Source: an uncultured Micrococcales bacterium | Lineage (GTDB): Bacteria; Actinomycetota; Actinomycetes; Actinomycetales; Microbacteriaceae | DNA length: 64,000 bases | Reading direction: 5' to 3' | NCBI GenBank assembly: GCA_913062975.1 | Contig: CAJXZO010000005.1 | Location: 4,473 to 68,472, forward strand | Shown: piece by piece, positions 9,614 through 17,449 of the stretch | Position numbering within the stretch: position 1 is the first letter of the stretch | Layout of the letters: each line of letters starts with the position of its first letter | Notes under the pieces: model-generated | The model's input: only the letters and a program-made list of their open reading frames with translations | The model's database searches: none | What the model was told of the DNA's origin: nothing | Translations under genes and position numbers: made by a program

Positions 9614-10594
9614 ATGAGAAAAAACAAGGCAGCAGCACTGCTAGCCATGGGTGCGGTTTCCGCACTGGTTTTAGCAGGATGTGCAGCTGAGACTGAGACA
9701 GGAACTGACACTGGATCAGACAACGGCTCAAGCGAGTTCGCTGCTCTGGATCTTTCCGGAATCGATATCGCGGTGGGATCTAAGCAGTTCCCTGAGCAAT
9801 TGATTCTTGGTGAAATGTTGGTTGCAAGCTTCGAAGAAGCTGGAGCCAATGTTGAGAACAAAGTAAACCTCGGTGGTACCGCGGTTTCCAGAGAGGCCCT
9901 ACTCGCTGGCGATATTGACATTCAGCCTGACTACAACGGAACAGGCTGGGCAACTCACCTAGGACAGGATGAACCAGCACTTGGTGATCCAGATGAACTT
10001 ACTGAAAAAGTTGCAGCACTTGACCTGGAAGAGAATGACATTGTCTGGGTTGGACGTTCTCCGTTTAACAACACCTACGCATTTACTTCCAGCCCAGAGC
10101 TGACCGAAGAAAACGGTGGAGCATTTACACTGGAGTCAATGATGCAATATGTGCAGGACAACCCAGATGCAGTAGTTTGCATGGAATCTGAGTACCCAGA
10201 TAGAGCAGATGGACTTGTTCTGTTGGAGGAGTACACCGGACAGACCATTCCTCAGGACCAGAGAAGGATTTTGGACTTTGGAATCATTTACACCGAGACC
10301 GCAGCAAACAACTGCGACTTTGGTGAGGTTTACACAACCGACGGACGCATTTCAGCTTTGGGTCTCACCCTTGTTGAAGATCCAGGTGTGCACTACCTCT
10401 ACAACATTTCAGGATCAATGGTTGGCGAAACTTACCGCCAAGCACCTGAGGTGTTCGATGAAATCATCAACAGCATGTTGGAGCCTCTGACCAACGAGCG
10501 CATGGGTTCATTGGAGGCCCGCGTTTCAGTTGACGGTGAAGAAGCGTCAACCGTTGCTAGGGACTACCTACGCACTGAAGGTCTGATCGAGTAA
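9614..10594 (+). CDS. Glycine betaine/choline/carnitine-type ABC transporter substrate-binding lipoprotein (OpuAC-fold)
   Basis: ORF 9584..10594. The ATG at 9614 follows AAAGGAG. Lipobox LVLAGC, and an OpuCC-like motif GSKQFPEQLILGEM...DIQPDYNGTGW. Confidence 0.8.
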   Translation: MRKNKAAALLAMGAVSALVLAGCAAETETGTDTGSDNGSSEFAALDLSGIDIAVGSKQFPEQLILGEMLVASFEEAGANVENKVNLGGTAVSREALLAGDIDIQPDYNGTGWATHLGQDEPALGDPDELTEKVAALDLEENDIVWVGRSPFNNTYAFTSSPELTEENGGAFTLESMMQYVQDNPDAVVCMESEYPDRADGLVLLEEYTGQTIPQDQRRILDFGIIYTETAANNCDFGEVYTTDGRISALGLTLVEDPGVHYLYNISGSMVGETYRQAPEVFDEIINSMLEPLTNERMGSLEARVSVDGEEASTVARDYLRTEGLIE

Positions 10595-10601
10595 ATAAAC
10601 C

Positions 10602-11258
10602 ATGGACTTTCTGATAGGACTGTTTGAATTCGCACTTTCCCGTCAAGGGAGAGTATTCGGAGCAGTCGCTGAACATACATGGTATGTAGCATCGGTGCTG
10701 GTGTCGGCGGCTTTTATAGCCGTCGTCACCGGCGTCCTCACCAGGAAAAACCAGCTTGCGAAGGAGTTATCGCTTTCCGTCGCTTCGGTTTTTCTGACAA
10801 TTCCATCCTTGGCGCTCTTTGTGATTTTCATCCCATTGGTCGGACTTGGGTTCGTTCCATCATTCATCGCACTTTTGCTTTACTCCCTCTTGCCGATATT
10901 GAGAAACACCATTACCGGCTTGGATGGAATTGACACGGGAGTTTTGGAATCAGCGAAAGGGATGGGCCTTTCCCCAATCCAGGTTTTGACCCGGGTGCAA
11001 CTTCCTCTCGCGTGGCCAGTTATCCTGGCCGGAGTGAGAGTTTCCTCAATGTTGATTGTGGGATTGGCCGCGTTGGCAACTTTGGTTGCCGGTGGCGGCT
11101 TGGGAGATTTTATCAAGGACGGGTTAGCAAGGTTGCCCCTCCCTAACTCTCTTGAATCGATTTGGTTAGGCACGCTGTTGTGTCTGATTCTTGCAGTAAT
11201 TATTGACCTAATTCTTCAGGCCCTAAGGGTGGCCACAATCTCGAAAGGTATTCGATGA
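10602..11258 (+). CDS. Osmoprotectant ABC transporter permease
   Basis: 218 aa, multi-TM, with the EAA-like loop ESAKGMGLSPIQVLTRVQLPLA. Confidence 0.8.
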   Translation: MDFLIGLFEFALSRQGRVFGAVAEHTWYVASVLVSAAFIAVVTGVLTRKNQLAKELSLSVASVFLTIPSLALFVIFIPLVGLGFVPSFIALLLYSLLPILRNTITGLDGIDTGVLESAKGMGLSPIQVLTRVQLPLAWPVILAGVRVSSMLIVGLAALATLVAGGGLGDFIKDGLARLPLPNSLESIWLGTLLCLILAVIIDLILQALRVATISKGIR

Positions 11259-12379
11259 GTGACGTACTAATTCGTCTAGAAAATATTGTTAAGTCCTACG
11301 GGCCGGATCTAGACCCAGCAGTGGACAACCTCGATTTAGAGGTTCAACGAGGTGAGGTTTTGGTGCTGGTTGGACCTTCGGGTTGTGGTAAGTCGACAAC
11401 TCTTAGGCTTATCAACCGCCTGATTGAGCCAACTTCGGGCCGAATCGTTATTGATGGTGAAGATGTAACTGATGTAAATCCATCAGAGCTTCGCAGAAAG
11501 ATCGGTTATGTGATTCAGCAGGTGGGTCTTTTCCCACACAGGACGATTGCCGAAAACATTGCGACCGTTCCAAATTTGTTGGGTTGGAAAAAGAAAGACA
11601 TCGCCACCCGAGTCGATGAGCTGCTTGAGCTGGTTTCGATGGACCCAGACACTTACCGGGATCGCTACCCAAAGGAGCTATCCGGAGGTCAGGCGCAACG
11701 AGTTGGTGTTGCCAGAGCGTTGGCAGCTGACCCAGATGTGCTTCTGATGGATGAGCCATTTGGTGCGATCGACCCAATAACCCGTGACCGTTTGCAGAAT
11801 GAGTTTTTGAGACTTCAGAGTGAGGTGAAAAAGACAATTGTCTTCGTCACTCACGATATTGACGAGGCCATCAAGATGGGTAACCGAATCGCTATTTTGC
11901 GAGAGGGTTCAGAAATTGCCCAACTTGACACCCCAGAGGCAATCCTTGCCCATCCAGCTGATGAGTTTGTTGAAAGCTTCTTGGGCTCAGGTGCAATCTT
12001 GAAGGGTCTTACCCTGAAAAAGGTAAGCGACACCGAACTGCACCAGGTGCCAATTTTGACAGCACCGGTGATGCGTGAAGAGGCGTTGAAGGAATTGCAG
12101 GAATCCCCCGATCAGGTTGGATTGCTACTTGATAGCAATGGAAGACCACTCAGGTGGATTGATGAGCGAGCACTGAACCGGACCAGCCAACCAATTGAAA
12201 AATCAGGAAGACCGGTAACGGTTGATCTGCAGCCTGAGGATACACTCCAGGATGCACTGACAGTTATGTTGCAGTCTTCAGCTGGTATGGCGTGTGTTAC
12301 CGACAGGCGAGGTAAGTACCTCGGTTGCACCACAATCGAGAGCCTTGCCAAATTGATCATGAGTGACGGTCAGGGATAA
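11255..12379 (+). CDS. Osmoprotectant ABC transporter ATP-binding protein with C-terminal CBS pair (OpuCA/ProV-like)
   Basis: Walker A GPSGCGKST, signature LSGGQAQR, Walker B LLMDEP, and a CBS-like tail of about 120 aa. ATGA overlap with the upstream permease. Confidence 0.85.
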   Translation: MSDVLIRLENIVKSYGPDLDPAVDNLDLEVQRGEVLVLVGPSGCGKSTTLRLINRLIEPTSGRIVIDGEDVTDVNPSELRRKIGYVIQQVGLFPHRTIAENIATVPNLLGWKKKDIATRVDELLELVSMDPDTYRDRYPKELSGGQAQRVGVARALAADPDVLLMDEPFGAIDPITRDRLQNEFLRLQSEVKKTIVFVTHDIDEAIKMGNRIAILREGSEIAQLDTPEAILAHPADEFVESFLGSGAILKGLTLKKVSDTELHQVPILTAPVMREEALKELQESPDQVGLLLDSNGRPLRWIDERALNRTSQPIEKSGRPVTVDLQPEDTLQDALTVMLQSSAGMACVTDRRGKYLGCTTIESLAKLIMSDGQG

Positions 12380-12381
12380 GC

Positions 12382-13143
12382 ATGAGTATTGCAACTAGCC
12401 CCAATACCCAGCGAACACCTCTTGCGGAGAGATTAGATTTAATAATCTCGCCACTGTTTGCGCTTACGCTTTCACTGATTGGAGTGGCCGTATGGTTTTA
12501 TTCAGATCTGGACAAAACCACACTCTCCATTTTGGATCCTGAAAAGCTCCAGAGCCAGTTGGTTGAGACAATCTCACTCGGACTTGCATCTTCAGCACTA
12601 GTGATTCTGATAGCCGTGCCAATAGGAATCTTGGTAACAAGAAAGGGATTCCCCCGCCTCAAGTCCTTCTTGGTGAACACACTGGGACTTGGTCAATCAT
12701 TGCCCGTTTACGGCCTGATCGTGATTTTCTTTTCCTGGCTGGGAGCCGGGGCTTTCACGGTGCTGGTTGCTTTGGCAACTTACTCTCTACTACCAGTTTT
12801 GAGAAACACAATAGTTGGGCTCGAGCAGGTTGATAGAAGTGTCATCGACGCCGCAAGAGGCATGGGTCTTACCGCACGACAGATTCTCACCAAAATTGAG
12901 CTACCACTTTCGGTGGTTGTGATTTTGGCCGGCATTCGCACCGCAGTTGTTATCAATGTGGGTTTCGCTGCTCTTGCATTTTTGGTGGGAGGAGGCGGAT
13001 TGGGTGTGACCATCAACTCAGGTTTGGTGAACAACCGAGATTCCGCGATCTTAATCGGTGCTGTAATGATTGCTGTTTTGGCCCTGGCTTTTGACTTCCT
13101 AAGTGCTTTGGCTCAGAAATACATGAAGCCCAAGGGACTCTAA
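12382..13143 (+). CDS. Osmoprotectant ABC transporter permease
   Basis: 253 aa, paralogous to 10602..11258, with the loop DAARGMGLTARQILTKIELPLS. Confidence 0.8.
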   Translation: MSIATSPNTQRTPLAERLDLIISPLFALTLSLIGVAVWFYSDLDKTTLSILDPEKLQSQLVETISLGLASSALVILIAVPIGILVTRKGFPRLKSFLVNTLGLGQSLPVYGLIVIFFSWLGAGAFTVLVALATYSLLPVLRNTIVGLEQVDRSVIDAARGMGLTARQILTKIELPLSVVVILAGIRTAVVINVGFAALAFLVGGGGLGVTINSGLVNNRDSAILIGAVMIAVLALAFDFLSALAQKYMKPKGL

Positions 13144-13154
13144 ATATTTTCCCT

Positions 13155-13188
13155 AAATAACCGCAAGGGCAGTCCCTTGCGGTTATTT
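13155..13188. terminator. Bidirectional rho-independent terminator
   Basis: Perfect hairpin AAATAACCGCAAGGG-cagt-CCCTTGCGGTTATTT between two convergent genes, with A/T runs on both sides. Confidence 0.8.
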
Positions 13189-13202
13189 ACTTAATCGAGC
13201 TT

Positions 13203-13985
13203 CTAATCGATGTCTCGCCGTAGGGATGTGAACATGGCAACTCCTGCAAACACAACACCGAATGCCACCAAGAAGCCAGCTGCTTCAAAGGGTGGTAGGT
13301 AGTTATTGGTGTTGATTCCAAGCTCCGGAGCATCAATGTCCAGGTTCAGCATTGCTGTAATCAAACCTGTCGGCAAAAACTTGGCTGAGTCTGGGAACAG
13401 AGCTAATAACAATGGATCTACAATAAACAAATAAACCAGGGTGACCACAATTGCTAGCAACTGGTTTTTAATAAGCGTTCCAATAGCTAAACCAATCACT
13501 CCCAGCACGGCTCCAGCCAATGCTGAGGCAAGAATTAGGTTCAAAAACAGGTTCTCACTGGGCGAGGCTGCATCGTCAACAGTTTGCAGCGCCAACCAAC
13601 CCGCTATAAATCCAGCTACAGCGCTGATTATCATCAAAGCAGCTGCAGCCAACGCACTCACTGCCAGCTTTGCAAACACAACTCGGTAGCGCTTGGGAGA
13701 GGTGAGGAAGGTGGCAACGGCTGTTCCGTGCCTGAATTCTCCCGACATCAGCAGGATTCCCAGGATGATTGCAAAGATATAACCACTAACGGCATTGGCA
13801 TAAACCGAGTCAACTCCAGAAGTTTCCTGCAAGGAGACTCCAAATACCGCTCCACCTTCAACTGGAGCCAAAATCGGGACGGTAACCGCAGTTCCAACCG
13901 CAGAGATGAAAATCGCACCAACCAGCAATCCCCAATTGGAGCGAACATATATAACCTTGCGCAGTTCAGAGACTAGAAGCTTCAT
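13203..13985 (-). CDS. ABC-2 type exporter permease
   Basis: 260 aa with about 6 TM segments. Coupled to the upstream ATPase by a 4-nt overlap. Confidence 0.7.
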   Translation of the reverse strand: MKLLVSELRKVIYVRSNWGLLVGAIFISAVGTAVTVPILAPVEGGAVFGVSLQETSGVDSVYANAVSGYIFAIILGILLMSGEFRHGTAVATFLTSPKRYRVVFAKLAVSALAAAALMIISAVAGFIAGWLALQTVDDAASPSENLFLNLILASALAGAVLGVIGLAIGTLIKNQLLAIVVTLVYLFIVDPLLLALFPDSAKFLPTGLITAMLNLDIDAPELGINTNNYLPPFEAAGFLVAFGVVFAGVAMFTSLRRDID

Positions 13986-14686
13986 GCCGCACCTCCTGTC
14001 AGTCTGAGAAAGGCTTGCTCGAGAGTGTCACCTTGGGTGATGTCAGAGAGTGTTCCCGAGGCAACCAGTTTTCCTTTGTGGATGATCAGAACATCATCAA
14101 CGGTGTTCTGCATCTCTGCTAGTTGGTGAGAGGAGATCAGAATAGTTCTGCCACCCTCGGCCAACTTTTTCAGAAACGTTCTGAGCCAGGCGATTCCGAC
14201 TGGGTCGAGCCCATTTGCTGGCTCGTCCAAAATCAGAATCTCAGGATCACCGAGCAGCGCACCAGCCAGGCTTAGCCTCTGTTTCATCCCCAGACTGTAT
14301 TTGCCGACTCTTTTGTTTGCAGCATCCGAAAGCTCGACTTTTTCTAAGACCTCATCAACACGAGCATCATCAATACCTGCAGCTGCCGCTATTACCTTGA
14401 GGTTTTGTTTGCCTGTCAGGCCTCGATGGAATCCTCTGCTGTCTAGAACGGTGCCAACTTGGCTCAGTGGATTTTCTAGCTCCTGATAGGGAACACCGTT
14501 GATTGTTGAGCTTCCGTCGGTGGGGGCAGCAAGTCCCACCAAACATCTGAGGGAGGTCGATTTGCCGGCACCATTCGGCCCCAGAAACCCAGTTATTTTG
14601 CCAGTTTCTATTTCAACGGCGAGGTCATTTACGGCATATTGTTTGCCGTATTTCTTGGTTAGGTTTTTGAACACTATTGCGCTCAT
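13982..14686 (-). CDS. ABC transporter ATP-binding protein (ABC-2/DrrA-like)
   Basis: Walker A GPNGAGKST, signature YSLGMKQR, Walker B LILDEP. Confidence 0.85.
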   Translation of the reverse strand: MSAIVFKNLTKKYGKQYAVNDLAVEIETGKITGFLGPNGAGKSTSLRCLVGLAAPTDGSSTINGVPYQELENPLSQVGTVLDSRGFHRGLTGKQNLKVIAAAAGIDDARVDEVLEKVELSDAANKRVGKYSLGMKQRLSLAGALLGDPEILILDEPANGLDPVGIAWLRTFLKKLAEGGRTILISSHQLAEMQNTVDDVLIIHKGKLVASGTLSDITQGDTLEQAFLRLTGGAA

Positions 14687-15273
14687 TCTTCTCCTGTTGT
14701 TCGTGGTGCATAGACACCGTTTGTGTATACTTCAAGACTTGCTTCCATGAAGCCCTGGGCAACCGTCGGGTCGGTGAACTCCCCGCCCAATTGCTCTTTG
14801 ATGTAATCGCTGAGCAACACAGTTCCCAACGAATTCACGGTCAGAACCAGATTCGTCATTTCAATATCTTTCGGCCTTTTGATCACTCCTTGTCTCAGAC
14901 CATCCTCCAAAACCTGTTTTGACCCATCCAGAATCAGCTGAAACAGCCTTCGCCCGTGTTCAGTGTTCGATGACATCACCACTTTGAAAAAGCGAAGCGG
15001 AATTTGATAAAACTCTGGGTTAGCTTTCCATTTTTCCAATTGAGAGCTCATGTTCAGAGCCTCTGGCTGAGTCTTAAAGTCAAGCACTTCGCCAAACACG
15101 TGATCGATGCAAGCCTCAATGAATTTTTCTTTGGATTTGAAATGATGGATTAGTAACCCGGGAGAGACTTCTGCAGCATTTGTTATGTCCCGCACGCTCA
15201 CAGACTCAAAGCCATCTGCACTAAAAAGCTCCACGCCTGTATCAATGAGCTTTTGGGCGGCTACTGAACGCAT
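14683..15273 (-). CDS. TetR/AcrR family transcriptional regulator
   Basis: ORF 14683..15309. The HTH is FESVSVRDITNAAEVSPGLLIHHFKSKE. I prefer the ATG at 15273; the TTG at 15309 would read through the operator repeats. Confidence 0.8.
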   Translation of the reverse strand: MRSVAAQKLIDTGVELFSADGFESVSVRDITNAAEVSPGLLIHHFKSKEKFIEACIDHVFGEVLDFKTQPEALNMSSQLEKWKANPEFYQIPLRFFKVVMSSNTEHGRRLFQLILDGSKQVLEDGLRQGVIKRPKDIEMTNLVLTVNSLGTVLLSDYIKEQLGGEFTDPTVAQGFMEASLEVYTNGVYAPRTTGEE

Positions 15274-15316
15274 GTTTAGTACACTAAACGTATGTTTAGT
15301 CTTTGTCAACTAAAAC
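15274..15316. promoter_or_regulatory. Candidate TetR operator: GTTTAGT-ac-ACTAAAC-gtat-GTTTAGT-ctttgtca-ACTAAAAC
   Basis: Four copies of one 7-bp half-site in alternating orientation, read directly and placed immediately upstream of the tetR start. Confidence 0.6.
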
Positions 15317-15344
15317 TATCTAAAATCTCTGGCACAATAGTCAA

Positions 15345-15875
15345 ATGAGTTCTCCAACATCTATTGCAACTATTAATACTAATCACGGCGCCATCAAGGT
15401 AAATCTCTTTGGTCTGCACGCACCAAAGACAGTTGAAAACTTTGAAGGTCTTGCCACCGGCGAAAAGGAATGGCGCAGCCCCAGCACAAACGACGTTCAA
15501 TCTGGAACTCCTTTGTATAACGGAGTAATCTTCCACCGCGTCATCGCAGACTTCATGATTCAGGGCGGAGACCCAACCGGCACCGGAATGGGTGGACCTG
15601 GCTACCAGTTTGAAGATGAAATCCACCCAGAGCTAGATTTCAATGCTCCATACAAACTTGCTATGGCAAACGCAGGCCCCGGCACCAACGGAAGCCAGTT
15701 CTTCATCACCCTGGCCCCAACCACCTGGTTGCAGGGTCGTCACACTGTTTTCGGTGAGGTTGTTGATGATGAGAGCAAGGCTGTTGTTGACAATATTGGC
15801 GCAAGTTCAACAGATGGTCGGGACCGACCAACTGAAGATGTTGTAATTGAGTCAATCTCTATCGAAAAGGTCTAA
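15345..15875 (+). CDS. ppiA: Peptidyl-prolyl cis-trans isomerase (cyclophilin type)
   Basis: FHRVIADFMIQGGDPTGTGMGGPGY and NGSQFFIT motifs, in the conserved position next to the rhomboid and crgA genes. Confidence 0.9.
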   Translation: MSSPTSIATINTNHGAIKVNLFGLHAPKTVENFEGLATGEKEWRSPSTNDVQSGTPLYNGVIFHRVIADFMIQGGDPTGTGMGGPGYQFEDEIHPELDFNAPYKLAMANAGPGTNGSQFFITLAPTTWLQGRHTVFGEVVDDESKAVVDNIGASSTDGRDRPTEDVVIESISIEKV

Positions 15876-15877
15876 AC

Positions 15878-16522
15878 ATGGCTCTTCGGAGTCGTTTTGA
15901 CGCTCCGGTAACCGTTTGGCTGTTGGCCATAAACGGTTTGATTTGGCTTGGGCAGATTTCCCCCATTGGTGCCGCGTTCACCAATGCAATGTTCTATGCA
16001 CCGCTATTTACGCCCTTTGAACCCTGGCGAATGATTACAGCGGGGTTTGTTCACGATTGGACCGGCCCTTTTCATATCCTGTTCAACTCATTCGCCATCT
16101 ACATCTTTGGCTCTCAGTTGGAGCCAATGCTTGGTCGAAACAGGTATCTGCTTCTTTATCTTTTGAGCATCATCGGTGGCTCGGTGGCTGTTTTGTGGCT
16201 ATCGGATCCAAGAATCCCGGTGGTTGGAGCGAGCGGAGCTTTCTTTGGTTTGATGGGTGCCTTTTTCATCATCCTTCGCAGCCTCGGTGAAAACCCGCAG
16301 CAGCTACTGCTGTTGATTGCAATTAACCTGGGAATTGGCTTCTTTGTCTCAGGCATTAGCTGGGAGGGTCACCTTGGTGGGCTGATCACAGGTGCATTGA
16401 TTGCAGCTGTTTATTCAGAAACTCGAAAACCCAACAGACGCTTCGCGCAATGGTTGGGAATTCTGTTGGTGATAGGCCTACTAGCATTACTTACCTATGT
16501 TGGTGTTGGAAGGCTCTACTGA
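15878..16522 (+). CDS. Rhomboid family intramembrane serine protease
   Basis: 6-TM protein with GASGAFFGLMG (catalytic Ser) and a downstream HLGG (catalytic His). Confidence 0.85.
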   Translation: MALRSRFDAPVTVWLLAINGLIWLGQISPIGAAFTNAMFYAPLFTPFEPWRMITAGFVHDWTGPFHILFNSFAIYIFGSQLEPMLGRNRYLLLYLLSIIGGSVAVLWLSDPRIPVVGASGAFFGLMGAFFIILRSLGENPQQLLLLIAINLGIGFFVSGISWEGHLGGLITGALIAAVYSETRKPNRRFAQWLGILLVIGLLALLTYVGVGRLY

Positions 16523-16523
16523 G

Positions 16524-16778
16524 TTATTTCCACCTGGTGGTCATCATGAAACCGATCATTGCGATTCCAAAACCAACCAGGATGTTCCAGTTACCAATGT
16601 TTAGTCCAGGAACTGCAGCACCCAATGGGTATCTAGCGCTGGAGATATAAAAAACCAAGATCCAGGCAAGGCCTGCAATCATGAAGCCAAACATTACAAT
16701 CTTGAACCAAAGCGGATTTGGGTCACTCTCGCCATCAGAGACAATTTCTGGCTTTAGTCTGTCGCGGTCATCTACCAT
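16524..16778 (-). CDS. crgA: Cell division protein CrgA
   Basis: ORF 16524..16817. Two TM segments, a NPLWF motif and a C-terminal TTRWK. The start is placed at the ATG at 16778 (MVDDRDRL...). Confidence 0.8.
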   Translation of the reverse strand: MVDDRDRLKPEIVSDGESDPNPLWFKIVMFGFMIAGLAWILVFYISSARYPLGAAVPGLNIGNWNILVGFGIAMIGFMMTTRWK

Positions 16779-16786
16779 GCTGAAAA

Positions 16787-16792
16787 GTCTAA
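16787..16792 (-). promoter_or_regulatory. Putative -10 box TAGACT for a leaderless crgA transcript
   Basis: TANNNT hexamer 7 nt upstream of the crgA ATG on the minus strand, with no SD sequence. Confidence 0.3.
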
Positions 16793-16804
16793 TGGCTCTA
16801 AGGG

Positions 16805-16810
16805 TAGAAT
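16805..16810 (+). promoter_or_regulatory. Putative -10 box TAGAAT for a leaderless trpG/pabA transcript
   Basis: TANNNT hexamer 6 nt upstream of the ATG at 16817, with no SD sequence. Confidence 0.3.
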
Positions 16811-16816
16811 GTGCCA

Positions 16817-17449
16817 ATGGTTAGTGTCTTGGTCGTTGATAACTACGACAGTTTCGTCTACACCCTGAATGGCTATCTGCAGCAATTGGGTGCTGAAACC
16901 GAAGTCATTCGCAATGATTCAATAACTGATGATCAAATTGCTAAGACCCTAGCCAAGTATGATGGGGTGCTAATAAGCCCAGGTCCTGGTAACCCAGCAA
17001 GTGCTGGCATTTCAATTCCGATAGTGACCCACGCATTGGAAACCAATTACCCGGTGCTTGGTGTTTGCCTAGGCCATCAAGCCATCGCCGAGGCAATGGG
17101 GGCCACCGTTGAGTCCGCGCCAGAATTGATGCATGGAAAAACCAGCACGGTGAAACATAAGGATTCGATGCTGTTCCAAAGCCTAAAACAGGACTTCAGG
17201 GCAACCCGTTATCACTCGCTCGCAGTGACAAGGTCAACAGTCCCTAAAGACCTAGTGATCACCGGTGAAACTGAATCAGGCATTGTGATGAGCTTGCAGC
17301 ATGTTTCAAAACCAATTCACGGTGTTCAATTTCACCCGGAGAGTGTGGTCACCGAGGGTGGCTACCTAATGCTGGGTAACTGGCTGGAATCCATTGGGCT
17401 TGAGGGTGCTGCTGCAAAAGCCAAGGAAATGCAGCCACTAATTAGCTAG
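16817..17449 (+). CDS. trpG: Anthranilate/aminodeoxychorismate synthase glutamine amidotransferase component II
   Basis: ORF 16811..17449. GATase-1 motifs GVCLGHQAI and FHPES. The start could be the GTG at 16811 or the ATG at 16817. Confidence 0.85.
   Translation: MVSVLVVDNYDSFVYTLNGYLQQLGAETEVIRNDSITDDQIAKTLAKYDGVLISPGPGNPASAGISIPIVTHALETNYPVLGVCLGHQAIAEAMGATVESAPELMHGKTSTVKHKDSMLFQSLKQDFRATRYHSLAVTRSTVPKDLVITGETESGIVMSLQHVSKPIHGVQFHPESVVTEGGYLMLGNWLESIGLEGAAAKAKEMQPLIS

Noticed and set aside
15306-15626. 106-aa minus-strand ORF overlapping ppiA and the operator region
   Set aside because: It is antisense to the strongly supported cyclophilin gene, has no motifs, and would start inside ppiA.
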